Source: Octopus sinensis (lineage: Eukaryota). From it: a DNA stretch of 64,000 nucleotides. Shown piece by piece: positions 23,434-37,299 of this stretch. A program made the translations under genes and the position numbers. Within the stretch, counting starts at the first letter, position 1. Each line of letters starts with the position of its first letter. The stretch lies in contig NC_043024.1 of the NCBI RefSeq assembly GCF_006345805.1, positions 992,001-1,056,000 on the forward strand, in the 5' to 3' direction. Under the pieces are notes generated by a model. It was not told the origin of the DNA, made no database searches, and saw only the letters and a list, made by a program, of their open reading frames with translations.

Positions 23434-23717
23434 TACGTATACATACACGTATGTAAGCATGTTCATATATAGGAGTACGCAAGCATTTGTTAAAGTGAGA
23501 GAGAGAGAGTAAGGGAGATCCATCATTGTCGGCGGCGCCGTCTCACACTCAGTAAGCGGAAATAAGAGTCCACCGGAACCCCCTGGCACTTGTTTTCTCT
23601 TCTTGTCTCTTCTATATCTTATCTGCCTCTTCATTCACTTCTTGTCAACCACTTTCCCCTCTCTCTATCACATCTCTTTCTCACACTACTTCTATCTTTC
23701 TCTCTCTCCACCCTTGT

Positions 23718-23763
<46 letters not shown>

Positions 23764-24694
23764 GTCTGTATACCTCTCTCTCTCCCTCTTCGTCTTTAAC
23801 TTTTTCACTAGGAAAGTTCTTGTTTAGCCTCTTTGGTTAATCGCGATCCACCAAATCTGTGATCAAAGACGTTCCAAACGTGACCACGCCGTCTTTTATT
23901 CAAACACCAGTATATCTTAACGAGCCTTTTCAGCTTTCTGCGTTATTTATTTATTTATTTATTCTCAAGCCATATGTTGATGGAACAGACCCAAACATCA
24001 AAGATGCTGAATCTGTGACCACCCCCATCTATATCTTTTTGACAGACAGTACATCTCGCTATAAACGAAGACACGAGGAAGGAAGTGTGAGAACGAAAAG
24101 ATTGTCTAAGAAAGAGAGAAAAGTATGTGAGAGAAAGATAAGATGGAGTGATAAAAAGATGAGTAGGAAAAATAGAAGAGAAAATTGGGAGAAAAAAGAC
24201 AATGGTTGAAGATTTAGTTGTTTCAACGATTCCAGGACTTTACTGGTACTTTATTTTATTAACTCCGAAAAGATGAAAGGCATGGTTGATGTTAGCGGGA
24301 TTTGAACGTAAAGAGTCTGAACAAATACCTTGGGGTATTTCCCGACGATCTAACGACTCTGCCAGCTCCATAAAAAGACAAGGCGGCCGGGAAAACCATC
24401 AAAGAGAGAGAGAGAGGAGATGAGAAAATACCTTCCATCATATCGGCTTTCACATGTATGTTTTTATGGTGATGAGCAGATATGTAACGGAAGACATTCC
24501 AGTTGTCATCTCGTCCTAGGACTTCATACTGTTCTGTGTACTCATCCGCGTTTAAGACATTTTGGGTCTGAGTCAAATAGATTTAGCTGCTATTTCTAGC
24601 TCGTTAAGCGACCACTTAGAGAGACTCGTTCGTTGATGTTGTTGGTGGGAGTGGAGGTGGTGTGTTGCTTTAATTCATAACTTTTTGAAGTTTC

Positions 24695-24863
24695 AGGCCT
24701 GCGTGGTGGTAAGACGTTTACCCCCCCAATCACATGGTCCTGAGTTCAGTTCTACAGTGTGTCACATCTGGAATAAATGCCTTCTACTATAGCCCTGGGT
24801 TGTCCAAAGCTTGTGAGTGGATTGGAAGGAGAAAACTAAAAGAAGCCCGTCATATATATATAT

Positions 24864-24900
<37 letters not shown>

Positions 24901-25310
24901 GTTTTTGTATTGGTGTATGTGTACATACATACATACATATATATATATGTTTGTGTGTGTGTATACATATATATATATGTATATATATATATATATCTGT
25001 GCGTGTATATATATATATATATATATACATACATATGTGTGTGTGTGTATATATATATATATATACGCACATACATATATATATATATGTGTGTGTCTAT
25101 ATGTTTATCACTCCACTACGATCGCTAGACAACCGGTGTTGGTTTGTTTAAGTCCCCGTAACTTAGTAGTTTGGCAAAAGTGACTCACACACTACACATC
25201 AGACTTCAAAAGAAATAAATAATAAGTAGTGTCGATTTGTTTGACTTAAAGCCTTGAAGTAAGAGCTCCAGCATGGCCACGATCCACTGCCCGAAAAAAA
25301 GTAAGAATAT
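24695..25310 (+). mobile_element. SINE family A, diverged, with ~250-bp internal microsatellite
   Basis: Head, GAAGCCCGTC-(TA)n junction and tail recognisable. Confidence 0.75.
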
Positions 25311-25771
25311 GTCGAAATGGAAGCCCCTGCGTGGTATATCGATCGCCGAGCTAGAAATAGCAGCTAATTCCATGTCGAGCCACACCCACAACAAGAATGG
25401 GAATGTGGTTGTGGATAAAACTAATTTTAGAGATAAAAATGAAAGTGGGTTAATCACGCTGTGAATCCCTTCCTGGGGTCGTAAGGGCTGCTCCATCAAG
25501 AGTTAAATTACATTTTAATCATAATTTATCTCTTAGAGTTAACGTTTTACATGTTTCACTCATTAGACTGCGGCCATGCTGGGGCACCGACTCGAAGAAT
25601 TTTTGCCGAATGAATCGATCCCGGTATTGATTATTTTATAAAGCCAGGTACTTATTCTATCAGTCTCTTTTGCCTAACCGCTAAGTTACGGGGACGTAAG
25701 CACACCTACACCGGTTGTCAAACGGTGGTGTGATGAACACACACATACACACACACACCACACACATGTAG

Positions 25772-26168
25772 GTGTAGGAGTGGCTGTGTGGTAAGTAGCT
25801 TGCTTACGAACTACATGGTTCCGGGTTCTGTCCCATTGCTTGGTACATTGGGCAAGTGTCTTCTACTATAGCCTTGGGCCGACCAAAGCCCTGTGAGTGG
25901 ATTTGGTAAACGGAAACTGAAAGAAGCCCGTCGTATATATGTATATATATGCGTGTGTGTGTATATGTTTGTGTGTCTGTGTTTGTCCCCCCACCCAACA
26001 TCGCTTGACAACCGATGCTGGTGTGTTTACGTCCCCGTAACTTAGCGGTTCGGCAAAAGAGACTGATAGAATAAGTACTAGGCTTGCAAAGAATAAGTCC
26101 GGGGGGTCGATTTAGGCGGTGCTCCAGCATGGCCACAGTCAAATGACTGAAACAAGTAAAATATAAGA
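25772..26168 (+). mobile_element. SINE family A, full length
   Basis: Homologous to 11533-11940. Confidence 0.88.
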
Positions 26169-26180
26169 GTATATATATAT

Positions 26181-26214
<34 letters not shown>

Positions 26215-27595
26215 CACCTTCGAAACGTAGTAGATGAAATCATGGCGACTGAAGAAGGGGTTTTTTCCTTGTGTTATTTGTCCTGTACTCTATATTTTTG
26301 TTGTTTAAGAAAAATGTCCAGTTCCTTGGGTTTGTGTCTATGTTTTCGTTTCTCATTGTGTTCGACATTTTTTTTTTGGTGTCCTGTACCCATATATGCA
26401 TGTATATATACATGTAGATGTAGGTACGTACATATATGTATGTATATATGCATATGTTTTATTTATTAATATATATATATATACATATATTCTTCCCTAA
26501 GGACGTCAAGCGGTGCAACTGAACCCGAGTTCACAGGGTTGGAAAGCAAGCTTCTTAACTACACAGCCACGCCTGTACCTATAACAGAGTGGGAGAGAGA
26601 GGGGAGAGAGAAAGAGAGAGAGAGAGGGAGAGAGAGATAGAAAGAAAGAGGGGGGGAGCAGGAATCGATGAGAATTTTGACCTAAAAATTAACAATATAA
26701 AATCTAATCAACGGAAAAGTGAGAAAATGAGATTTTTAGGAAAAAAAAAAAAGAAAAAAGGAAAAATCAATATGTTTTTAATCATTCGTTCATTATTCGA
26801 TTCGTGGTGCGACTGACGGATTGAAATGGTTTATCGCCGTCGTCTGAGCTGTTTAAATCTCAGATCATTTCCATCGGCGCCAAACTACGATCAAATACAT
26901 TCCACTCATAAACGCACCTCTTTTGCTTTCAGATATTAGCTTATCATCCTTAGATTACATTATCAAATATCTCTCCTTCCTTTTCTGTAAATGAAGACAG
27001 TAGGGTGGCGACCGATGTACTACTTTGTAGTCCACAGGTCAACCTTCATCGAGCTAACCAACGATCAGCGGCATTCCATCTGTGACCAACCCAGCTGGTT
27101 TTTCCTTACATAAGTATATCTAGGAATTCACTATTAAAATTTGTCCTTTCTTTTTTAAGAAAGTAACGATTTGGAGGAGTTTTGACTGATATTTCTAGCG
27201 GTTCTAACGGCTGCACGGTGGCTTCAAGTTTACTCGTGAACGGAGATACGACTGGAGAGCGAAAATGAAAGTAACGGCGGGGGGCGGTGGTGGTCGTGGT
27301 GGTGGTGGTGGTGGTGGCGGGGGCGGTGGTGGTGGCGGGGGCGGTGGTGGTGGTGGTGGTGGCGGGTTCTTGTTTTAGCCCCAGGACACTGCAGGACGAA
27401 CAACCATATAATCTAAGGTGTTCCAGCCATGACACTCTGGTCTTTCTGGAGATATCTGGGACTTTTCATGACATAAGTATATCTAGGAATTCACCATGAA
27501 ATTTCCCCTTTCTCTTTTAAGAAAGTAATTATGATTTAAAGGGGTTTTGACTGCTATTTCTAGGGATTCTAACGGATGCACAGTGGCTCCTAGGG

Positions 27596-27677
27596 ACGTA
27601 AACACACCAGCATCGGTTGTCAAGCGATGTTGGGGGGGGGGGGGAACAAACACAGACACACAAACATATACACACAC

Positions 27678-27741
<64 letters not shown>

Positions 27742-27841
27742 CATATATACATACATATATATATATACCGGAGTAAACACATAAATGTGAAACAAGGTGG
27801 AAAAAAGAGTACTCAAATACCAGTGGTAGAGTAATATGCTT

Positions 27842-27872
<31 letters not shown>

Positions 27873-28035
27873 CACGACTGGCTTCTTTCAGTTTCCATCT
27901 ACCAAATCCACTCACAGGGCTTTGGTTGGCCCAAGGCTATAGTAGAAGACACTTGCCGAAGGTGCCATGCAGTGGTACTGAACCCGGAACCATGTGGTTC
28001 CTAAGCAAGCTACTTACCACACAGCCACTCCTATG
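27596..28035 (-). mobile_element. SINE family A (partial), followed by a plus-strand partial copy at ~28105-28370
   Basis: Family A homology. Confidence 0.8.
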
Positions 28036-28131
28036 CCTAAAATATTTTAATGAACTCTTAAAATACTACCATGGATTCCAAATTTACTATTTTGCTTGCA
28101 TGGTTCTAGAAAGAAGCCTGTCGTATATATG

Positions 28132-28162
<31 letters not shown>

Positions 28163-28879
28163 ATATGTTTGTGTGTGTGTTTGTCTTCCCAACATCGCTT
28201 GACAACCGATGCTGGTGTGTTTACATCCCTGTAGTTTAGCGGTTCGGCAAAAGAGACTGATAGAATAAGTACTAGGCTTCCAAAGAATAAGTCCTGGGGT
28301 CGATTTGTTCGACTAAAGGCAGTGCTCCAGCATGGCCACAGTCAAATGGCTGAAACAAGTAAAAGATAACAGATATATAAACAATGAGCTTCCATACAGT
28401 TTCCCTCAATCAAATTCACTCAGAGAGCATTGGTCAGCCTAAGACTATGGTCAAATACACTTGTCTAAGTGACCCCCCTGTAGGATTGAACTCAAAACCA
28501 CATGATCGCAAAGTAAAGTCCTTAATAACACAGCCCTGCCTTCACCTGAAAATAACATCTTGTCAAACCACATCGGTACCAAAAGATTTTTGTTAGAAGT
28601 CATACAAAATAATTCTGACTAAATCTAGGTCAATTTCATTATCTCTCTAATAAATACTCCAGAGATATAATTATTGAATAGAATTCAATAATTGTTTGAA
28701 ATATGCCATTTGTTTCTTTGATATTGTGTGACCCACTTCAAGTACCGGGTCACAGACTTGATTAAGCATTCTGTCATCATATTTCTGTGGAAATGCATTC
28801 CTTTTGTCTCCATCCATCCATCCGGCTGTCTTCTCCACCCACAATTGCTGAGAGGGCCATGGCAGAGTTAGAGTCCTCT

Positions 28880-29200
28880 GTGTAAAAGCACTTGGCTTAG
28901 TGGTTTGGGTTTGAGGATATCCAGTCCCTGACCTGAAGGTCATGAGTTTGATTTTCAGTGTTGCATTGTAACCTTGGGCAAGATCCTTGATTTCCCATTG
29001 CTCCAGTCGCCTCCTCAGCTGGCAAAAATGTGTCCTACCTGTAATTAAAAAGCTCAGCCTTGTCACATACTGTATCCTACTGAATCTCCCTGAGAACTAT
29101 GTTAAGGGCACATATGTCTGTGGAGTACTCAGCCACCTGCATGTTAATTTCACAAGGAGGCTGTTCTGTTGATCGGGTCCTCTGGAACTCTTATCATCAT
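28880..29200 (+). mobile_element. SINE family C
   Basis: Homologous to 459-775. Confidence 0.75.
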
Positions 29201-29459
29201 AACCAACAGAAGGGCCAGCAGTAGTAGGGTCTTCATGCACCTCTGCCATGGGCTCCTATCGGAAGCAACCATCATTAGATTTTCCTGCTGGATTCCGAAG
29301 CATGACCACCTGAGACTATGGATACCATCCAACCATCTCATTCTTGGATCACCCCTAGGTTTCTTTGCCTCTTGGCAGAAACGTCCGTAAGGAACTAGCA
29401 CGTGCACTCCCATTTAGTTTCTTTAGTCTGCTCAATCTCCTGTGATGCGTTGGTGGCTG

Positions 29460-30005
29460 CTGACATCGGAAGAACCAAAACAAACCCTGACGCCCTAACC
29501 TCTCCTCCCTGGACAATCCCATGGAGTCTCATCTTTTCCCACATCACACCTATTATCAGTAGTTGTTTCTTTCATACATAATGACATTGTTACAGAAAGA
29601 TGACGATTGGGGCATTTGGCCAAGTGGTTAGGATATTGGACTCATGATCGTAAGATTGTGGTTTCGATTCCTGGACCGGGTGATCTGTTGTGTTCTTGAG
29701 CAAGACACTTCATTTCACGTTGCTCCAATCCACTCAGCTGACAAAAGTGAGTCATCCTTTGACAGACTAGCATCCCATCCAGGGGGGAATATATATGTAT
29801 GCCATGGAAACCAGGAAGCTGGCCCTACAAGCCTCTATGACTCAGGAAGGGTCTTTATCCTTTTGGTCCTACTGACATCTGAAGAAGCAAAAAAAACCCT
29901 AGCGCCCTAACCTCTCCTCCCTGGACAATCCCATGGAGTTTCATCTTTTCCCACATCACACCTATTGTCAGTAGTTGTTACTTTCATACATAATGATATC
30001 GTTAC
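29460..30005. repeat. 134-bp direct repeats (29460-29593, 29872-30005) flanking a family-C-head SINE
   Basis: Both copies read CTGACATC..GAAGAA..CAAAA...GCCCTAACCTCTCCTCCCTGGACAATCCCATGGAGT...CATACATAATGA..GTTAC. Confidence 0.9.
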
Positions 30006-30181
30006 TGAAACATAAAATTAATGAATGTAGAATATAATTACATATACATTATAATTACTGGAGAATTTTGTGTAATGTAAGAGAGATTAGATAAAAATTG
30101 TTGGGTGAGTGTCACGATGCCTTTTTTTTTTAGATTTCCCTAACTTTGGAACCTGGTTCTACCTCTGATGTATGTATATAT

Positions 30182-30555
30182 ATTGTTGTTGGCATCCTTT
30201 TTGTCTCGGGAGACAATGGAGTTGCGCATAAAATAGTCTAGTCCGGCTTTTACATTTCATGTCCTGATACATTTCCTGCTGTGACTGTGTAGTCCTATCC
30301 TGGACAAACACTCCCTCTGGCAGGTGCTGCAAATGTAGCGAAGACTGTTCCTGACTGGTTGTAATGTCATAGTTTCTTGTTGACGTCTTTTCTTGTCTTT
30401 CCATTTCTCCTCTCTCTCTCTCTCTGTCACTCCTTTGTATTCCCTCTTTTACGGTATGTCGCCAATCTCCACGGTTGCTGGCAATTGCTTCCCAACCACT
30501 AATATAGATGTTGCAGGCCTTCATATCCCTTTTGCAAACATCCTTGTAACGTAAT
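30182..30555 (-). mobile_element. RTE-type LINE 3' fragment with C-terminal zinc-finger region
   Basis: LRYKDVCKRDMKACNI...WEAIASNRGDWRHTVKEG, then shifted frame CSTCQRECLSRIGLHSHSRKC; (CAA)n tail. Confidence 0.85.
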
Positions 30556-31254
30556 GTATATATATATAAAGGATATGAGGAGTTTATATGAGGATGAATC
30601 AAATTAATAGGTGTGCATTCTGAGTACTCAAACAGGTGTGCCACTGTCTGACCTATATGTCTCCAATGCCAGAATAGCCAACTGGCGAGTGTCGGTTGGT
30701 GGCAGATAGAGAAATGATGACTCTGCCACCTGTGACCGTTGAGGTAAGCCAGGCAGAAAGGGAAATCTTATGAGAAAATAATAAATTGAAGGTTTATATT
30801 GATTTTTGTGAGGAAAGGTGTGTCACTTCGATCAACAAACACACATGCATACACATACACATGTACACACACACACACACACATACATACTCACATGTAC
30901 ACGTACCGACTCACATACACACATGTATACACAGATACACTGATATACACACACACACACACACTCATATATACATACACACGTATGTACACATACATAC
31001 ACACTTATGCACACATACACATACACACTTATGCACACACACACACACACTCAGATCTATATGTATGCCTACATTCACTCTGATGCGCACGCTTTAATAT
31101 TCACACACACACACACTAACACATGCACACATACACAGACTTACACTTACACACTAATTGATATATAGACACACACTCACACACTCACACATACACACAT
31201 TCATACATACACTCTGTGACATGAGACAGACCATCTCATCTTTTTTAATGTCCC

Positions 31255-31555
31255 AGAGATTGCTCACACTCATCACCACCATCATCATCACCACCACCAT
31301 CACAACTACCATCATCATCATCACCCCCACCATCATAGCTACCACTACCACCACCACCACCACCACCACCACCATCATCATCATTATCATCACCACCATC
31401 ATCATCACCACCATCACCACCACCATCATCACCACCACCATCACAACTACCACCATCATCATCACCATCATCATCACCACCACTACCATTACCATCATCA
31501 CCATCATCATCATCATCACAGCTACCACCACCACCACCATCAATACCACTCCATG
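31255..31555. repeat. (CAC/CAT)n trinucleotide array
   Basis: Direct reading. Confidence 0.95.
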
Positions 31556-31769
31556 GCTTTCAGCAAGACAGTTTTGTATGAGAAAAATTACAAAATTCAA
31601 ATAAACAAATTCACAAATAAAAACATAAACAAACAAACAAACAACAAACAAATAACCCAATTAGTCAAAAATTAATTGACATGGTGATGACATTAACGAT
31701 GTCATTATAATATCTGACATAACTGTGTAATTTCAAGGTCAGTTGAGTCTGTTTTCCAAGTAAATCAGC

Positions 31770-31990
31770 CTTGTTGGATTTGAACTCACAATGAAAGAGG
31801 TACAACATCACACTTCAAAGACAACCGTTATACAATCTACAGTTCACTTAGGGAGAGAGAATCCCAGGATCATTAGAGGAGGTAATTGCTCCCTAAACGT
31901 TTCCCATGACATTCTTAATCTGTCCCTTACGCTTCTGTAGCACCCACCCCATCATTGCTAATTAGGTCACCTAATTATTAAAAGTGGGGA
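31770..31990. repeat. Dispersed repeat H, second copy at ~35355-35580
   Basis: GGATTTGAACTCACAAT.AAAGAGGTACAACATCACACTTCAAAGACAACCG...TAATTAGGTCACCTAATTATTAAAA in both copies. Confidence 0.85.
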
Positions 31991-32007
31991 GGTCACCTAA
32001 TTATTAA

Positions 32008-32288
32008 AAGTGGAAGGGACCGACTGCTTCAGTAGAAAGGGCCGAGTATTTCAGTAGAAGGGACCAACTTCTTCAATAGAAGGGACCGACTATTTAAGTG
32101 GAAGGGATCGACTACTTTAACAGAAGGGACCAACTATTTCAATGGAAGGGACCGACTGTTTCAGTAGAAAGGGCGGAGTATTTCAGTAGAAGGGACCAAC
32201 TTCTTCAATAGAAGGGACCGACTATTTAAGTGGAAGGGGTCGACTACTTAAACAGAAGGGATCAAATATTTCAGGAGAAGGGACTGAT
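32008..32288. repeat. 22-bp minisatellite with a 6-monomer (132-bp) higher-order repeat
   Basis: Monomer ~CAGTAGAAGGGACCGACTATTT; monomer series starting at 32030 recurs at 32162. Confidence 0.9.
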
Positions 32289-32356
32289 TACTTTTATGGG
32301 GACTTCCAAGAATTTAAAAGGTTCATTTGGTGGTTAATTTTTACTTTTATTGTTAT

Positions 32357-32784
32357 ACTAGCAGTATCGCTTGGCATTGCTCGGGTTTGTTTTGACCCTT
32401 TAGAATTGGAATTTTTGAAAAGTAAAAATTTTGCATTATGTATCTTGTTATTCTCTTTAAGTGAACATTTTTCTGGTTGAAATACACCGAAAAATGGTGA
32501 CACAGCAGTCAAAAAATTGTAAAAAATAGGGATTTTCATAGAAAAAAAGCACCTTTTTGATGTAAATAATTTTTGGTATTAACATGGTCTGTTTGAATTT
32601 TATCTTCTATGGAAGGAAGAGCAAGCCTTCTTCTATCATACTCTCAATTTCGGTCAACTTACACAACATTTTTCAGTGTATTTCAACCAGAAAAATGTTC
32701 ACTTAATGCAAAATTTTTACTTTTCAAAAATTCCAATTCTAAAGGGTCGAAACAAACCCAACAATACAGGGTGATACAGCTAGT
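32357..32784. mobile_element. Inverted pair of ACTAGC-starting elements (Helentron/HINE-like or MITE)
   Basis: 32357-~32497 is reverse-complementary to ~32668-32784; 5' ACTAGCAGTATCGC..GGCATTGCTCGGGTTTG resembles Helentron-type termini. Confidence 0.5.
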
Positions 32785-33454
32785 GTTTAAGTAAAGCTAA
32801 CAGTTTTTTGTGTTCTTAATTGGCTAATATGTACTGTAATTGCTAAAAGTGTGAGGTTTACTAGTTTCTGCAAAGAAAGGATTAGAGGTATAAGCTGTTC
32901 CCAGTTGCAAAAACTGTGTACCAGTGTGAATCAAGACATCTTTAATAAAAGCATGTTTGAAATGACAATAATACGCATAGCTTCACTGAGAAGGGGGCAC
33001 AGAAAATGTTGCTGAATGTGGAGCATGCATGAGAAGAAGAGGGACCAACAGAAGAACAGCCATTGCTGTTGACTGCTGTACGATTAAAGGGCAAAATTAA
33101 GAATACAGAGGCAGGGAAAGCAGTTGGATTATAAGGGACAGTTGGTAAGATGTTGGCAATTTAGGGGACACGCTAGTCAGTTGCATAAGTCAATGAGAAG
33201 AGATGTTGTACCACCCAAGGACTGACATGGCAATGTCATCATCCACATCTATGGGGGTAAAATGCCCTAATTTTGTTAGTAAATTAAAAGCACATATGTA
33301 TATAGGGGTAAGTGTAGCTGTGTAATAAGGAATTTACTTCTCAACCTCATGATTTTGAGTTCAGTCCCCACCAAAATTATAGGGGATAATATTCATTATC
33401 TGGGAGAATTAATTGTCCTCTATGTCAACGCTTCTGTACTCGACATCATGTTGT

Positions 33455-33660
33455 GTAATGTGTGTGTGTGTGTGTGTGTGTGTGCATGTGTGTGTGTGTG
33501 TGGTGTGTGTGATGTGTGTGTGTGAGTGTGTGTGTGTGTGATGTGTGTGTGTGTGTGATGTGTGTGTGTGTGGTGTTATTGTGTTGTGTGTGATGTGTGT
33601 TGTGTGTGATGTGTGTGTGTGTGATGTGTGTGTGTGTGATGTGTGTGTGTGTGTGTGTGT
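33455..33660. repeat. Interrupted (TG)n array
   Basis: Direct reading. Confidence 0.95.
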
Positions 33661-34170
33661 GTTCGTTCTTCTGTACAGTTTCTGCTCAGCAAGTTTCATC
33701 CCGTAGGTGTTGACCAACCCTAAGCTATAGGAGAAAACAACTGCATAAGGGGCTGAACCTGAAACCATTTGGTTATGAAGCAAACCCTCTGAACCACGCG
33801 CCCATTCTGGTGCCCGGACATAATCAAAATGCCTTTGATCATTGGTGTACTCAATCAGGACCGACCTAGGGCTAAACAGCCACAGCATCATCGATGTCCA
33901 GCAACAAATAATAAAACGACACAAAATGATTCTCGGGGAAAGAAAGGGAAAAAAAATCAATAAAAATGAAACCCACCACCACCACCACCACAACAACAAC
34001 AACAACAACATTAATTAAAGCGTTATCATCTCATAGTAGGTGTGGGGGGTGGGATGTTAATTATGAAGTAGGATATGTAACCAAAAAAACTGTAACTATA
34101 ACGACGACGTGGATCAGTATGAAGTGTATTTAAAAGTAGTTTGTACTTTGTAATTAGTATTGTTTCAGGG

Positions 34171-34222
<52 letters not shown>

Positions 34223-34224
34223 TA

Positions 34225-34642
34225 CTCTTACTCTTTTACTCTTTTACTTGTTTCAGTCATTTGACTGCGGCCATGCTGGAGCACCACCTTTTAGTCGAGC
34301 AAATCGACCCCCACAAGACTTATTCTTTGCAAGTCCAGTACTTATTCTATCGGTCTCTTTTGCCGAACCACTAAGTGACGGGGACGTAAATACACCAGCA
34401 TCGGTTGTCAAGCAATGCTAGAGGGACAAACACAGACACATACACACATACACACACACGCACATATATATATATATATATATGACAGGCTTCTTTCAGT
34501 TTCCGTCTACCAAATCCACTCACAAGGCATTGGTCGGCCCGAGGCTATAGCAGAAGACACTTGCCCAAGATGCCATGCAGTGGGACTGAACCCAGAACCA
34601 TGTGGTTGGTTAGCAAGCTACTTACCACACAGCCACTCCTTG
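34225..34642 (-). mobile_element. SINE family A, full length
   Basis: Homologous to 7450-7846. Confidence 0.88.
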
Positions 34643-34751
34643 CGCATACATACATGTACTATACAGGGAGTTGGGGCTAAAATTGACAGTTTACCTAAAA
34701 GGAAAAAAAAAACACAATATCCCATTCAAAATGGTCATTTTGCCAGTTTAG

Positions 34752-34790
<39 letters not shown>

Positions 34791-36324
34791 GGGTCATCAC
34801 ACTTAAAAACATTTGCATTGTCTTCAGGTCAAATACTATGAAAAGATTGTGTTGAAATTTGATATCGGGCCACAGACCCTTCACATGGTCATCTTAAGTC
34901 TTTAATATTGGATCATTCATAGCAGATTGCACATTTGGAGTGAATGGAATGAAAAAACAGCAGTAAACTGTATTAGGATGAGAAAGTGGAGAAAGCTTTT
35001 GTAAGAGAGGATGGTAAATAGGGATGGAGGGGAAAATGGGAGGCTCAAAGTAGAAATAAAGATTTTGAAAAAGCAAATAAAATTCAAGGCCAAATATAAT
35101 TTTAAATTAAATTAAAAGAATTTAAAAAGTTAAAACATTGGAAAAATTAAGGATTAAAAATTAGAATAAAAAGATTAAAAATTAAAAATTAAACATCTAA
35201 AACAATACAAAAAAAAATTTTAATATTGGTGCTAGGTCTGGTGAATACCAGGATTGACTTTGACTTTCGCCCTTTTGGGGTTGATGAAATAAGTACCAGT
35301 TATGCACTGGGGTCAATGTGCTCAACTAACATCATGGGCCATTCAGGGGCCGAGGAAGGATTTGAACTCACAATCAAAGAGGTACAACATCACACTTCAA
35401 AGACAACCGTTATACAATCTACAGTCCACTCAGAGAGAGAATCCCAGCATCACTAGAGGAGGTGATTGCTCCCTAAACGTTTCCCATGCCATTCTTAAAC
35501 TGTCCCTTACACTTCTGTAGCACCGAACCCGTCGTTGCTAATTAGGTCACCTAATTATTAAAACTGGGGACTGACTATTTCTATAGAAGGGACTGACTCC
35601 TTCCCCAAAGTTTCTTTAGTAAGAAGGATTATAATTAGTCATTTCTATCCCCATCCCCCTGCATTAGTGTTACCATTGGTGTTATTCTTTACTGCTTCAC
35701 TACCATTTCCTCTGCCTGTTTCCAGTATTAAGGGTGCATGGCTCAGTGGTTAGGGTGTTGTGCTTATGACCTAGCAATCGTGATTTCAATTCCTAAATCG
35801 GGCGGTGTGTTGTGTCCTTGAGCAAAACACTTCATCTCATGTTGCCCGGCAATCACTCCGCCACCTGACGCATGGCACACTGTGGCCCTGTTCAGGCAAC
35901 ATCAATTTCAGGAAGAGAGTAAGCTAATGTCTGGCAAGAACATTTAACCACTTTAAACAAAGCTTTTATGCTGGGGGTTTCGCAAAAAGCTGAACGCTCG
36001 TCCGTCCCCTGCAATGGGAGAGTCCATCATTGCCGGTATCATTCACACCACCTCCATTCCATCCGGGTTTTCCCTCAACTTCCCCATGGCTTTCCCAAGG
36101 TCCACTCACGGTCGTTGTTCTTGCATTTCTATCAAACAAACAATGTTGTTTGTTTCGAGTCTTCCGTAGAGAACGTGTCTGGCCATGGGGAAAGGGGAAA
36201 TATCACCTCGCTTGGAAGCAGGTGAGGGTTAGCAACAGGAAGAGCATCACGCCGTTGGTAAGTGTGCCTCAGTAAACTCCATCCAACACATGCAAGTATG
36301 GGAAAGAGGATGCTGAAACGATAA

Positions 36325-36453
36325 CTTTGGTGATGACGACAATGACGACAGCGATAATGATGGCAATGACAAAGGATGACAATAGGGATGATAATGATGA
36401 TGATGATGGTGATGATGATGTGAATACTGATGAAGGTAATGATGATGATGATA

Positions 36454-36488
<35 letters not shown>

Positions 36489-36615
36489 AATGATGATGAT
36501 GGTGATGATGATGATTACGATGACGCCAGTGATGATGACAAAGATGATAAGAACGATGGTGATGTGAATGATGAAACGATGACAATAATGACTATGACGA
36601 TAATAATGATAATGA
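36325..36615. repeat. (GAT)n-rich array
   Basis: Direct reading; source of the poly-D/poly-H ORFs. Confidence 0.95.
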
Positions 36616-36874
36616 TGACGTCGAACACCACACACACACACACACACACTCATACACATGTGCATCTACGCTTGAAACTGCAGACTTTGTAACGTATTGT
36701 CTTGTCACAATGTGTCTGTCACCCTGTCACCCGCAAACACAGCCAGATACTTCTGGGAGTAAACACACAGATGGGCCTGAAATCAGCAAACTTCATTACA
36801 AATTATCTTGTCCCATGATTAACAGCAATAATAATAATAATAATATATTTATAATAATAATAATAATAATAATA

Positions 36875-36910
<36 letters not shown>

Positions 36911-37299
36911 TCAGAAGATAGCAAACAATTTCAACCTATGAGCATATAAATAAAGAAATGAATAATAACAATAAAGAGCAGTAAATAAATAAATAAATAT
37001 ATTATGCAAATGTTTTTATCTTCTTCGTTTGTTTCTCTTCCTCTAATGGGTTTTTTTTTAAAGTTTCAACTCGGTAAATTATGTATCATCATCATCATCA
37101 TCATTATCATCATCATCATCATTATCATCATCATTGATCTTTTGTCTTTATTTTGATGTTGTCATGGGTTGGGAGAGATTTGATGAGACTATATTCCATG
37201 GGAGGCTGCTGTCCCCTTTGCCAACTCTACATATACATAATATACATAAACACACACACACACATGTAAATGTGTGTGTGTATATTGTCAGTAAACCCT

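Noticed and set aside
24421-24570. Exon-like ORF TQNVLNADEYTEQYEVLGRDDNWNVF... with a GTATTT donor
   Set aside because: Directly continues the GCTAGAAATAGCAGCTAAATCT dispersed repeat and shares its downstream motifs; likely repeat-derived.
26215-26260. CACCTTCGAAACGTAGTAG and a nearby CTGAAGAAGGGG as a hammerhead
   Set aside because: Only a 3' half abuts (TA)n, and the CTGAAGA lies downstream with no following GAAA; incomplete.
32008-32288. CRISPR-like regular repeat
   Set aside because: Contiguous 22-bp monomers with no unique spacers, no cas genes, eukaryotic context.
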